64,000 nucleotides of DNA from an uncultured Candidatus Babeliaceae bacterium (GTDB taxonomy: Bacteria > Babelota > Babeliae > Babelales > Babelaceae): positions 128,001-192,000 of the forward strand of contig OY969927.1 of the NCBI GenBank assembly GCA_963704655.1. Reading direction: 5' to 3'. Positions within the stretch are counted from its first letter, which is position 1. The number at the start of each line of letters is the position of its first letter. Shown in pieces: positions 9,762 to 19,741 of the stretch. The translations under genes and the position numbers were made by a program. The notes beneath the pieces are model-generated. The model worked only from the letters and a program-made list of their open reading frames with translations. It was not told the origin of the DNA and made no database searches.

Positions 9762-10754
9762 TTATATATTCTTTTTAAGAGTTTCCCGTGCTTGTCTTCT
9801 TATTTTTGGTGATGTTTCAGGTGAATTTATTATATTTTCAAGAATTTCGCGTGCCTTTTCTTTATTATTTATTAAATGGCTTGAATAATGAATTGCTAGA
9901 TTAATTTGATTTAATTGAGCCTTTTCTTTGTATTCGTTAGTAGATTTTAATGAGCCAAAGACAATATCATCTAATGTATCGTTCATGTTATCAAGCTCTT
10001 GTTCAGATGGTTCCTGGTGAAGTTTTTCAAAGATGATTTCAAAAAGATCATCTAATGCTCTTTTAACTGTGCTTGTTTCTGCTGGTGAATCAGTATTAAT
10101 AATTTCTAAAATAAGTTTTGTTGCCTTTGGTAGATCTTTTGCAACTTCGCCTTCTTGGGGTTCTTTGGGTGCATATATATATTTCCCTGCAATAAAGAGT
10201 TGACTATTATAGGCAGCTTTCAGCTGTTGTTGATTAATAGGGGCTTTTGCATTGAGCATTTTTATATCATGTATAACTCTTAATGCCACTTCCAGTTTCA
10301 TGTTTCTTGTATTGATATCAACAAGTGTGTTTAAATACGCTACAAGTGGTCCCCGGCTTCGTTTAAGAAGATCCTTTGGAATAAGCTGATTTTCTACTGA
10401 ATTTAAAAATTGATCTTTTATATCATCAGTAAGAATGTTATCTTTTTCAAATCGTTTAAGTATTCTTAGGATGATATCAAAGGATCTGTCCCGTAAATCC
10501 TGATCATGAAGTTCTTCATTGAAAAGTGTGTCATACAGTTGTTCTAATGCGTTTTTGGAGTTTTGGGTAAAATCGGCAGGGGTGATTCTACCATTACCAA
10601 ACTTCTGCAGACTCACATAATACAAATCTTCAGCTGAGTTTATTTTTATTGCAAATTTTAAAGTTTCTGGTGGTATTTCAGGAAGCTCGGCGCTCCATGC
10701 TACATGCGGTAGCATACTTAATGTTATAGCTATACGTGATAATAATTTTTTCAT
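9762..10754 (-). CDS. Secreted helical orphan protein
   Basis: GGGG RBS before MKKLLSRIAITLSMLPHVAWS signal peptide. Confidence 0.7.
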   Translation of the reverse strand: MKKLLSRIAITLSMLPHVAWSAELPEIPPETLKFAIKINSAEDLYYVSLQKFGNGRITPADFTQNSKNALEQLYDTLFNEELHDQDLRDRSFDIILRILKRFEKDNILTDDIKDQFLNSVENQLIPKDLLKRSRGPLVAYLNTLVDINTRNMKLEVALRVIHDIKMLNAKAPINQQQLKAAYNSQLFIAGKYIYAPKEPQEGEVAKDLPKATKLILEIINTDSPAETSTVKRALDDLFEIIFEKLHQEPSEQELDNMNDTLDDIVFGSLKSTNEYKEKAQLNQINLAIHYSSHLINNKEKAREILENIINSPETSPKIRRQARETLKKNI

Positions 10755-10893
10755 GGATATCCCCCGATTTTGCTTCAAGTATAAAATATAGTTACCGCAG
10801 AAAACAAGAGTATATTTTTTATCGCGCATCTCTTTTATTTAAAGTAATTTATGTATATATTCCTGCTAGATCTATTTTTTATAAAGGGTAGGT

Positions 10894-11070
10894 ATGAAAA
10901 AAATAGTTGTATGGTCATTTATGGTGGCAGTTAATTTTTGCAATGGCGCAATGCCTCAGCCGATAACTTCAGGGCTTCGCTTAAAGATAGAAAGATTAGA
11001 AATGCAGCATAAGATATTTTTACATATCTGCGAGCAAAAAAATCAGCAACGCCTTAGATCGAAATTATAA
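10894..11070 (+). CDS. Small 58-aa signal-peptide ORF, possibly a remnant
   Basis: Below ORF-track cutoff; AAGGGTAGG upstream; MKKIVVWSFMVAVNFCNGAMPQPITSGLRLKIERLEMQHKIFLHICEQKNQQRLRSKL. Confidence 0.45.
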   Translation: MKKIVVWSFMVAVNFCNGAMPQPITSGLRLKIERLEMQHKIFLHICEQKNQQRLRSKL

Positions 11071-12372
11071 CGGTTGCTTAAGTAATTTTTCTGCCATGTG
11101 CTTGCCCTCTAAAAGACCCTCTTGCATGCTTGAATATTTCCAGCCGCCGTATCTGCCGATAGAGTGGATGTCTTTTTCTTCAAGTCTTTGATGAATCAGC
11201 AGTAAGTTTTTGTCCCGCCAGGCGTCAAATATAACATAGGCATGCCCAATAGTGATTATCTTTTCTGTTGTAATCTCACTATCGTCAATTTTTAATATCT
11301 TCTTGGTTTGGGCAATTGCAGTTTCAAGCATGTGTTTAACCTCGGCTTGTGGTTTTTGTAGATGAGAAAACTCGCCATAGAGTGATGAATAGCCTTGCGG
11401 GGCCATGCTGGCTGCAAAGTTGTTTGAAAAGCCGATACGGTAAAAAGGGTACTGTTTTTCTGGGTAGTAAATCCAATGCTTGTCTGAAAAATTTTCTCGC
11501 TTAATTCCCAAATTAAAATTAACTACGCTATTGCATAAAAGCTTTTTTGCCTGACGCGCAAGATCAGTCGTGCTTGACTCTTTAATACAGGTTAAAAAGA
11601 TATTAAGCGGCATCGTGTTAATTAGCGTTTTATACTGTTCACTTGTGCCATCTGAAAATATAACTTTTTTTTCTTGAAGATCTATTTGGGTTACCGTTTT
11701 TTGTAGCTGAACTGGCTGTTTAAGTTGTGCGTGTAACTTTTTTATCCAAAAGAATATACCGTCTTGTTTTGGGTAAAAAAATTGTGCATTATACCCGATC
11801 TGTTGTTCTTGTGGCGGCTGTAATGCGCCGGTGATCATCTCTGTTAAACTAGTTTTGGGTACAAATCTTCCGGTCCATGACGATGAAAGTTTTTCAATAG
11901 GATATGAAAATATCTTTTCTTGATACGGGTAAAAAAAATGCTCAGCTATCCCTTTACCAAAATTGGTAAGCACCCAGTTTTTAAAGTCTTTCGGTAGCTT
12001 TTTTGTGCGGGGTCGTTCGATAAAACCTTCTATGCATTCAGCAATGGTACGTGGGGGCAAACCGTGTAAATTAACTTGGTATGGGTAGTGCGTATAGGTA
12101 TCTTGTGAATAGATAAATGATCTGCGGTTAATCGTATTAAAATTTTCAAAGCCTACTACGCTGGCAATAAACTCTTTAAAATAGTTGTCATTAATGTGCA
12201 ACAAATGGCCTGTGTAATCAAAAGTGAAACCATCTTGATAAACAGATCGGCACAAACCTCCTACTTCAGCTTCCTTTTCAAATAGTTTATAATCAGTAAA
12301 ACCGAGTTTTTCTAAGTGATATGCGGTTGAAAGACCGGTTAAGCCTGCACCGATAATTACTATATCTGCCAT
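11065..12372 (-). CDS. FAD-dependent oxidoreductase (protoporphyrinogen oxidase / UDP-galactopyranose mutase-like)
   Basis: IIGAGLTGL, EKE..VGGLCRS, GFTFDYTGH, PFYRI, GRYGGWKY. Confidence 0.8.
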   Translation of the reverse strand: MADIVIIGAGLTGLSTAYHLEKLGFTDYKLFEKEAEVGGLCRSVYQDGFTFDYTGHLLHINDNYFKEFIASVVGFENFNTINRRSFIYSQDTYTHYPYQVNLHGLPPRTIAECIEGFIERPRTKKLPKDFKNWVLTNFGKGIAEHFFYPYQEKIFSYPIEKLSSSWTGRFVPKTSLTEMITGALQPPQEQQIGYNAQFFYPKQDGIFFWIKKLHAQLKQPVQLQKTVTQIDLQEKKVIFSDGTSEQYKTLINTMPLNIFLTCIKESSTTDLARQAKKLLCNSVVNFNLGIKRENFSDKHWIYYPEKQYPFYRIGFSNNFAASMAPQGYSSLYGEFSHLQKPQAEVKHMLETAIAQTKKILKIDDSEITTEKIITIGHAYVIFDAWRDKNLLLIHQRLEEKDIHSIGRYGGWKYSSMQEGLLEGKHMAEKLLKQPL

Positions 12373-12437
12373 AATGTGCTCCTTTATGCACAGCAGTTAT
12401 AGAATGAAATAAAAAAAATGTCGAGGACGATGAAACT

Positions 12438-12899
12438 ATGAATAAGTACGTAGTATTATTAACGGTATGCTCAAGTTTGTGTATTTTAAATGCTTCTGAG
12501 CACAATTCTACAATAAAATTGTCGCGTGAAAAAAAATTTGTTTTTCTTATAGGTGTAAGTGATAGATATCAATTGAAAAGAATTAATAAATGTATTGAAC
12601 GTGCTGCGAAAAAAGTAAGGAACGCTACTCATTGTTCTTTGAGTCAGAATATTCAAATTGTGCCTGTAATAGAAAAAGAAGTTATTGATTTGGAGCATCA
12701 AGCTCCTTCTAGCGTCAGTGATAAAAAAGATCCTAGTGTTAACCCTGAGATTGAACATGATAATAGAAAACAAGAAGGCTCTGGTGTAGCATCAGCAGAA
12801 ATTGATATTTTTGAGTATCAAGCTTTTTCAAAAGCTGGTGATAACATAAGTCCAAGTATCAAACCTGCACATATCATGTCATTTATTATGAGAGAGTGA
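12438..12899 (+). CDS. Secreted hypothetical protein
   Basis: GAGG RBS; signal peptide MNKYVVLLTVCSSLCILNA. Confidence 0.6.
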   Translation: MNKYVVLLTVCSSLCILNASEHNSTIKLSREKKFVFLIGVSDRYQLKRINKCIERAAKKVRNATHCSLSQNIQIVPVIEKEVIDLEHQAPSSVSDKKDPSVNPEIEHDNRKQEGSGVASAEIDIFEYQAFSKAGDNISPSIKPAHIMSFIMRE

Positions 12900-12906
12900 T
12901 TTATAA

Positions 12907-13794
12907 TTACATAATATGTATGCCGGAGCTCTCGTCATAAGAAAATTCAAAATGTCCACTTCCTGCCGGGCACGTCACGCGGCACTTAAAGGTTTGTGTA
13001 TAAAAATCTTGTCCAGAACGTGACGGCGGTAATGCGATCTTTTTAATGCTTTGCAATAAATGTGCAATATGTTCATCTAACGCTGGTGTGCCAGTTGATT
13101 TTAAAATTTCAACAGCAACAATTTCACCTTTTTGATTAATCACAATTGAGGTGATAATAGTTGAGTCTACAGGAACGGGTGAAAAATAATCTTTTTTATT
13201 CAGGCTGCAGGCGATTTTTAATGCAGAAAATATCTTATTACGAAGCCTGCCATCGGTAATTTCACGCATTTGTGCAGCAACACCGTTTTTTATAGCCTGT
13301 TCTTTGGTGTACACCGCATGGGCATGTCGTTTTGCAGCCTGCTGTTTTGAAATTGCATCCATAAAACTTGCTGCAGTAAGCGGTTTATCTTTTTGTTCAT
13401 CGGTTGGCGCCGCTGTCTTTTTTGTCCACGAAGATCGCCGTTCTTCTGCCGTGCGGCCCTTACGTAATGGGCTCACTTCAGCTGGCATTTCTATCTCGCG
13501 CGGCGCTTCAACTACTGGAGCAACTTCTTGAAACGGAATTTCAGAATATTCTTGTGTTTGTGCAGCACTTGGTTGTTGTATCGGTTGTTCATACACTGTT
13601 TGGCTCGGTGCTGGCGCCTGCGCAGTTGTTGATGGCGCTTTATACCAGACAACGCGTTTTTCTCTGCCACCTAACGGATAATCGACATGGGAAGTTTTTA
13701 AAATATACAGCAGGCAAAAGCCGATCAGCAGATGAAAAATAAGGGTGACAGCCCAACTGATATAGGCGCTATGTACTTCAAGCACTTTAAACAT
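12907..13794 (-). CDS. TonB/TolA C-terminal domain protein
   Basis: N-terminal TM with His (TLIFHLLIG), P/Q/A-rich linker, INQKGEIVAVEILKSTGTPALD. Confidence 0.7.
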   Translation of the reverse strand: MFKVLEVHSAYISWAVTLIFHLLIGFCLLYILKTSHVDYPLGGREKRVVWYKAPSTTAQAPAPSQTVYEQPIQQPSAAQTQEYSEIPFQEVAPVVEAPREIEMPAEVSPLRKGRTAEERRSSWTKKTAAPTDEQKDKPLTAASFMDAISKQQAAKRHAHAVYTKEQAIKNGVAAQMREITDGRLRNKIFSALKIACSLNKKDYFSPVPVDSTIITSIVINQKGEIVAVEILKSTGTPALDEHIAHLLQSIKKIALPPSRSGQDFYTQTFKCRVTCPAGSGHFEFSYDESSGIHIM

Positions 13795-13874
13795 GATCTT
13801 GCCTTTACTCGATACTACTTTGTGAAAGTATAGCCTAAGTTGTAATTGATGCACGAGGATATTTTTCTTTTACT

Positions 13875-13928
13875 CCGCTCACCCAGAGCGGAGGCTGAAA
13901 GCCGAAGTCGAAGGGTTGGGGATATAAG
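13875..13928 (+). repeat. REP-like palindromic repeat, family A
   Basis: CCGCTCACCCAGAGCG-hairpin-CGAAGTCGAAGGGTTGGGGATATA; matches the reverse complement of 53168-53219. Confidence 0.8.
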
Positions 13929-13945
13929 AAACTGATCGGGTGGAT

Positions 13946-14449
13946 TTAAAATAATTTTTTAGCTTGAGTGATATTGATAGAGGGTTGAATTTCAAAAAAA
14001 TAAAGTAGTTGCCAGGCTCGTGTTTTCTTGGCCTGTAGGCTGTCAGTTATATCCCATGGCGGGTATACACGCATTGCACGCTTGCCGCCTTTACCTTCTT
14101 TTGATACAAACCCTTTTTCATAGAGTATTTTTTGGGGAAAAACAAATTGACCAAAATGCTCAGCGCTGCGGACACTTACTATAAATAGATCAATAGGATC
14201 TGTTATATCGAAAGGTATAATAGGCTCGCTGCCAATTCGTTTCCATAACGTAACAAATTGCCCAATTTTTGTCGGAGTAATTTTTGCTACTCGAAACTTT
14301 ATAACTTTATTATTCATTTCAAACTCACATGCGCCATATTCCGGACTTTCTGCTTCTTGCATTACCTTTTTACACGTAAATCCGCTTGGTTCATATGCAA
14401 GCTTTTGGGCTGCTAAAAGATCAGGGTGAATGGTGGGATAAGTTTTCAT
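13946..14449 (-). CDS. MepB family protein
   Basis: EAES.EYGA, FRVAKITPTKIGQFVTLWKR, GKRAMRVYPPWD. Confidence 0.85.
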   Translation of the reverse strand: MKTYPTIHPDLLAAQKLAYEPSGFTCKKVMQEAESPEYGACEFEMNNKVIKFRVAKITPTKIGQFVTLWKRIGSEPIIPFDITDPIDLFIVSVRSAEHFGQFVFPQKILYEKGFVSKEGKGGKRAMRVYPPWDITDSLQAKKTRAWQLLYFFEIQPSINITQAKKLF

Positions 14450-14451
14450 GA

Positions 14452-14814
14452 TTAATGTATATTGCCCATTCGAACTATGCGAACTGATTGTTCTGTGACC
14501 ACAATAAAATTATTTTGAATTTGATCTGCATAATGAGTCAAGATTTTTTCTAAAATATTAATTTTATGTTTTGGTTGCCAATTAAATAAGCGTAATAAAA
14601 TAATGCCGCAGTGGTTACTATTATTTCTAAATACAATATCTCCAAAATCTTTATCCATAGTTATTAGTACTCTATTTTCGAGTAATGCTTTCTGCAGTAC
14701 AATTACATCCGGTACGCCTGGAGAAAATTCTAGAATTGATGTAACATCATACCCCTGATCTTTCAACCATGCGGCGACCCCATGACCAACGCATTCATCA
14801 ACCAAGAATTTCAT
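14452..14814 (-). CDS. DUF5615 PIN-like putative toxin
   Basis: MKFLVDEC, D..VL..A..ENRVLITMDKDFG, HCGIILLR; 4-nt overlap with the DUF433 gene. Confidence 0.85.
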   Translation of the reverse strand: MKFLVDECVGHGVAAWLKDQGYDVTSILEFSPGVPDVIVLQKALLENRVLITMDKDFGDIVFRNNSNHCGIILLRLFNWQPKHKINILEKILTHYADQIQNNFIVVTEQSVRIVRMGNIH

Positions 14815-15056
14815 AGAGTATTGCCAGATGAGATAGGTGCAAAAACAGAATTATCAAGAGCTTTTTGAGCAAACAGAAGACATGCATAAATATCTTCTTT
14901 TGTAATGTGCGGATATTCAGTAAGGATTTCTTCGATCGTGATTCCCTGAGCTAATAAACCCAAAATTTGTTGCACAGTTATACGAGTGCCTTTAATTATA
15001 GGTTTGCCGACCATAACTTTAGGGTCAATAATGATTTTACCTAAAAGATTTTTCAT
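14811..15056 (-). CDS. DUF433 putative antitoxin
   Basis: DPKVMVGKPIIKGTRITV..IL..LA.G.T.EEIL.EYP.IT.EDI.ACL. Confidence 0.9.
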   Translation of the reverse strand: MKNLLGKIIIDPKVMVGKPIIKGTRITVQQILGLLAQGITIEEILTEYPHITKEDIYACLLFAQKALDNSVFAPISSGNTL

Positions 15057-15077
15057 ACTATTCCTTTCATATTTTTT

Positions 15078-16052
15078 TTATATATCCTGAGATTTAATAA
15101 TCTGTACTTTGCGTTTTGTTTTTTGAATGCCCCAAGTTGAGGTAATCCAGTGGGTTTTTGATTCCGGTTGTTCAAAAAAGCGAGTAATCTCTGCAAAGAA
15201 TTTTTCAGTTGGCGTAAATTGCACCCCTGCGTGAATTATCCATAATAAAAGAATACGATGTTGTAAGACTGGGTCGAGTGTGAGAAACTTTTCACAAGCC
15301 AGCCAATTGTCTTGTACAAGATTGTTGTACTGTTCTTGTGCCGTTTTTTCGATATAGTTATCAGCTTGTTGCAGTTGTTCGATCGTGCGGACAAGATTTT
15401 CTGTAGCGCGTGCATCAAGGGCAGCATACGCTGGAATTAGCGTGTGACGAATGTTATTACGCAGAAAGTTTGTGTCTTTGTTTGTTTTGTCGACACAATA
15501 AGCGATATTGTTTTCTTGCAAAAAATTTAAAATCTCTGTTTTACTTGTTTCAAGTAACGGACGGATATAGTTGTCATAACGGGGTTTAATACTGGTGAGT
15601 CCCGTTAAACCTGATCCGCGAATAAGGCGGATAAAAAATGTTTCAATAAGATCATCCTGATGATGCGCAAGGGCAATAGCATCTGCGTGTTGCTCGTGTG
15701 CAAGATCTTGAAAAAATGCTCTTCGTGCATTACGGGCATCTTGTTCAGGTGAGCCCGATGGGCTCTTTGTTTGTTTAATATCACGTAAATGCTTTTGAAA
15801 ATAGGGGATATTACGTTCTGTGCATAAATTTTTGCAAAATTCTGCATCCTGTGGCGATTCTGTCCGCCAGCCATGATCAAGATGCGCCGCTATCAGTTTT
15901 AGATTATATTTTTTTTGGATATTCAAAAAAAAGTAGAGTAAAAAGACAGAGTCGGGGCCACCAGAAAGGCCGATAATAATAGTTTGATCGGGAGAAATAA
16001 GATTCTCCCGATTACAAAATTGTTCTATTTTGTTAAATAAGCTTAATTGCAT
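15078..16052 (-). CDS. tilS: tRNA(Ile)-lysidine synthase
   Basis: SGGPDS PP-loop, HLDHGWR, AHHQDDLIET, RPLL, D.TN.D..FLRNNIRH. Confidence 0.95.
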   Translation of the reverse strand: MQLSLFNKIEQFCNRENLISPDQTIIIGLSGGPDSVFLLYFFLNIQKKYNLKLIAAHLDHGWRTESPQDAEFCKNLCTERNIPYFQKHLRDIKQTKSPSGSPEQDARNARRAFFQDLAHEQHADAIALAHHQDDLIETFFIRLIRGSGLTGLTSIKPRYDNYIRPLLETSKTEILNFLQENNIAYCVDKTNKDTNFLRNNIRHTLIPAYAALDARATENLVRTIEQLQQADNYIEKTAQEQYNNLVQDNWLACEKFLTLDPVLQHRILLLWIIHAGVQFTPTEKFFAEITRFFEQPESKTHWITSTWGIQKTKRKVQIIKSQDI

Positions 16053-16067
16053 ATGCTTCTCATGCCA

Positions 16068-16199
16068 CCCGCTAACCCTTGCGTAAGCTCAGGATGAGCG
16101 GTAATACTACTTGCTCCGCCGAAGTGTCGGGATGAGCGAGTAGACTGGCCTGCCATCTGTAGCTTGCCAAGCCGGAAGGCATGGATAAGCGCAGGATGG
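16068..16199 (-). repeat. Composite REP-like element (family B + family A) between gyrB and tilS
   Basis: Minus strand CCATCCTGCG...CAAGCTACAGATGGCAGGCCAGTCT...CGCTCATCCTGAGCTTACGCAAGGGTTAGCGGG; same layout as 38056-38192. Confidence 0.8.
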
Positions 16200-18582
16200 T
16201 TAAATATCAAGGTTTTTGACAAAGTGGCCATTCTCTTCGATAAATGATTTTCTGCCGGTAACATCATCACCCATAAGAGTGTCAAACCAAGCGTCAGCTT
16301 CTAATGCATCACCGATAGTTACTTGGAGTAACTGACGACGGGTGATGTCCATAGACGTTTCCCACAACTGTTCTGGGTTCATCTCTCCAAGACCTTTATA
16401 GCGTTGGATGGTCATGTATGGTTTGCTGATTTTTGAAATGGCAGTAATAAGTTCAAGGATGGAGTTACCTGAAATAGTTTTTTCTCTGTCAGATATAGCT
16501 AGTGTCCACGGGTTACTTAAAATAGCAACTTTTTGACGGGCATCTTCAAGCTTTTCTGTTTCAATGCTGGTGAAGAAGTCTGAAGCAACTTCCCATGGCT
16601 TATGCATATAGGTTAATACGATTTGATCAACTGGAATACCTTCAGTATGTCTAATGCTGATTTCATATTTAGGTAAAAATGCTCTTATTTTTTCAACAAG
16701 TTCTTGCGTAGTAAGCGTTTGACCACGAACTGCATTATAGGCAGACATAAGCATCATGATCTGTTCATAGTTTAATTTAAACTTGAACGAGATAATCTCA
16801 AGCTGTTCCTCAAAGAGTTTTACTAAATCAAGAATTGCATGCCATGCAGGAGTTTCAAGTGTTTTTGATTCTGCGATAAGTTTGGTATTTTCACGTGCCC
16901 ATTCGATTAAAAACTGCTTAAGGGCCTTTTCATCTTTAAGATATTGCTCTTTTTTACCGATCTTTGCTTTAAATAATGGCGGTTGCGCGATATAAAGATA
17001 CCCGGTTTCAACCAGTGGCTTCATATATCTATAAAAGAACGTTAATAAAAGGGTTCTGATATGTGAACCGTCAACGTCAGCATCGGTCATTAAGATAATT
17101 TTATGATAACGTGTTTTTTCTAGATTAAATTCGTCATTAGTCAACACCGCTGCCAATGGCTGCAATAAGTGATTTGATCTCTTCGTTTGCAAGAATTTTA
17201 TCTAAGCGTGCTTTTTCTACGTTTAAGATTTTACCGCGAATGGGCAAAATTGCTTGCGTAAATCTATCACGAGCTTGTTTTGCAGATCCGCCTGCAGAAT
17301 CACCTTCTACAATGAAAAGTTCGGTTTTAGATGGATCTTCTGTTGAGCAGTCTGCTAATTTACCCGGTAAAATAGTAGATTCAAGAACCGTTTTTCTGCG
17401 TGTTAATTCACGTGCTTTTTTTGCAGCATCGCGTGCACGCATGGCAAGTTCAGCTTTTTGTAAAATCTTACGTGCGATTTGAGGGTTTTCTTCAAAATAG
17501 GTATCAAGAAATGCAAAGACCCAAGATTCTACAAGGCCCTTAACTTCGCTATTGCCAAGTTTTGCTTTTGTTTGACCTTCAAATTGCGGCTCAGCAACTT
17601 TGATATTGATAACGCAGACAAGTCCTTCACGAACATCTTCACTTGAAAATGAGTCTGTGCCTTTAAGGATATTAAACTCTTGTGCGCGACGGTTACATGC
17701 TTTGGTTAATGCGCCTTTAAAGCCGGCAACGTGTGTACCGCCTTCAGTCGTGTTAATATTATTTACAAAAGAGTAAAGTTGTTCGCCATAACCTTCATTA
17801 TATTGTAAGGCAACCTCAAGAAGATTTTGTTCATCTTCTTTAAACATGTATAAGATATCTGGAAATATTGGCGTCTTTTTTGAATTAATATATTCAATAA
17901 AAGAAACAATACCGCCCTCAAAATAAAACTCATGGCTTTTGTTAGTGCGTTCATCAAAGATAGTAATGCGTAAGCCTTTGTTTAAAAACGCAAGTTCTCT
18001 AAGACGCGCAGAAAGAGTATCGAAATTAAATTCGACTGTTTCTTTAAATATTAAAGGATCGGGTTTAAAGCGAACAAATGTTCCACGTTTAGCGGTTGTT
18101 CCCGTTTCATGCAACAGATCAAGCGGATTTCCGCGGGCATAGTCCTGGTCAAAGATTTTGCCATTTCTAAAAATGGTAAGATGTAATGATTCAGAAAGTG
18201 CGTTAACTACCGAGACACCCACGCCATGTAGCCCGCCAGAAAACTTATAGGTATCTTTGTCAAACTTACCGCCGGCATGTAATTTAGTTAAGGCAACTTG
18301 TGCAGCAGATACGCCTTCTGTTGGGTGGATATCAGTTGGGATACCGCGGCCGTTATCTTCAACAGAGCAGCTACCATCTTCGTGTAATATCACGGTAACG
18401 GTGTTACAATAACCGGCAAGCGCTTCATCAACCGAGTTGTCTACGATTTCGTAAACAAGGTGATGTAGGCCTTGCGGTCCGGTGGAACCGATATACATAG
18501 CAGGACGTTTACGTACCGCTTCTAAACCTTCTATAACACGAATCGACTGTGCTGAATATTCTTTTTCGTTCGGGTTGGACAT
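16200..18582 (-). CDS. gyrB: DNA gyrase subunit B, split by a +1 frameshift near 17139 (ORFs 17137..18582 and 16200..~17147)
   Basis: GLEAVRKRPAMYIG, EIVDNSVDE, GGLHGVG, EGDSAGGS, PIRGKILN in the first ORF; [18 protein letters not shown] in the second; span 2383 nt = 3n+1. Confidence 0.95.
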
Positions 18583-18759
18583 GGCGGTGCCTCCTTAAGA
18601 CTAAAACTTGAGCATGGAATAATTTTTGTTTAAGCTACTATATTTGTATGCTTATTTACTAGTATTTAAGTATACTCTATACTACAGTTTTTTCTATGGC
18701 AGCCTTGCGTGTGTCATCCTGATAGTTCGAAAAATTCACTACTAAAGACCCGCCTGTCA

Positions 18760-18879
18760 GCCGCCGCTCGTGATGAGTACTTCGACTTTGCTCAGCATGA
18801 ACCCAGCGGAGCCTGCCCTCCGTAGCCCTTCGGCAAGCTCAGGAGTAAACCCGAGGCGTAGGCTGGGTCGAATTCATGG
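18760..18879. repeat. Nested mosaic of REP-like elements
   Basis: GCCGCTCGTGATGAG..., TTCGACTTTGCTCAGCATGA, GCCTGCCCTCCGTAGCCC[TTCGGCAAGCTCAGGA]...GCGTAGGCTGG, GTCGAATTCATG. Confidence 0.7.
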
Positions 18880-18954
18880 AGAAGGCTGGGAACTCGTTGG
18901 TGTGCCAGCGCACTGCTTTAGGATCTCTTGCGCTAGCAAACCGACTCTTATTTT

Positions 18955-19380
18955 CTATGGTAGTTTAATCAGGTTTAATATGGTGCCCATTACATGCTGA
19001 TGCTTAATTACATCATTGCAGATTAGTTGTGCTAAGATTCTGTTGTACTGGTGGGTGGTTTTATTGCGAGCATCGGCTAACTGCATAAGCTCATTAACAA
19101 GATCTTCTGGTAGTAACTTATATTTATAGCAGGCACGGAATGTTTCTCTTGGAGAAGCCACCTCAATCTCGTGACGCGCTTCAAGATATTGTTTTAAAAA
19201 TTTCCAGAGCGTCTCGTAGGCAAGTTCGAAATGTTGAATAACTCCAGAAGAAAGCAGATCTGCAACATCGCTGTCGTCGCCTTCTTTTTCCATAAGCCTC
19301 TGTTGAGTTTTTATGGCTCGACTAAGTGCTTCATAAGCTTGATGAAAATTTATATATTTTTTATCAAGATCATTTACCAT
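18955..19380 (-). CDS. HEPN-domain toxin (HepT/HI0074-like)
   Basis: IQHFELAYE..WK, SPRETFR, RNKTTHQY = RX4HXY. Confidence 0.85.
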   Translation of the reverse strand: MVNDLDKKYINFHQAYEALSRAIKTQQRLMEKEGDDSDVADLLSSGVIQHFELAYETLWKFLKQYLEARHEIEVASPRETFRACYKYKLLPEDLVNELMQLADARNKTTHQYNRILAQLICNDVIKHQHVMGTILNLIKLP

Positions 19381-19658
19381 AAAATTCCCGTCAGGATAAT
19401 GTGATCCTTCATGTCTTTGTCAACTGCCTGGAGATCTATGAGATCTACCTCTTGCGCCATGGGCAATGCATTAAGCAAATTCCAGAGAAATTGCTGTTCA
19501 TGTATATCTAATCTAAAGCCAACGTCGATGGCGATATCGACATCTGAACCAAGTTTGTTTCTATTTTGGGCATAAGAGCCGAAAAGATAAATCGCAGCTT
19601 GTGGGTAGAAAGCTCTGATTATTTTTATAATGGCGTCTTTTTGTGGAGTTTCTGACAT
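19374..19658 (-). CDS. Minimal nucleotidyltransferase antitoxin (MntA-like)
   Basis: YLFGSYAQNRNKLGSDVDIA = GSX10DXD; overlaps the HEPN gene. Confidence 0.88.
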   Translation of the reverse strand: MSETPQKDAIIKIIRAFYPQAAIYLFGSYAQNRNKLGSDVDIAIDVGFRLDIHEQQFLWNLLNALPMAQEVDLIDLQAVDKDMKDHIILTGILW

Positions 19659-19741
19659 ACTTTTTATAGGTTAAAGTGTTTTTTACATGATATCTTATTT
19701 TATACTGAGTAAGCAAATATTTATTATTGAAGGGGGCGCAT

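Noticed and set aside
9736-10875. cctgct(t)agat(a/c)tat on both sides of the 9762..10754 orphan
   Set aside because: Only about 14 bp with an indel and a mismatch; compatible with chance
16043-16285. Short ORFs overlapping repeats (also 18770..19000, 59495..59725, 63218..63457)
   Set aside because: They read through GC-rich palindromic elements and have no RBS or family motifs
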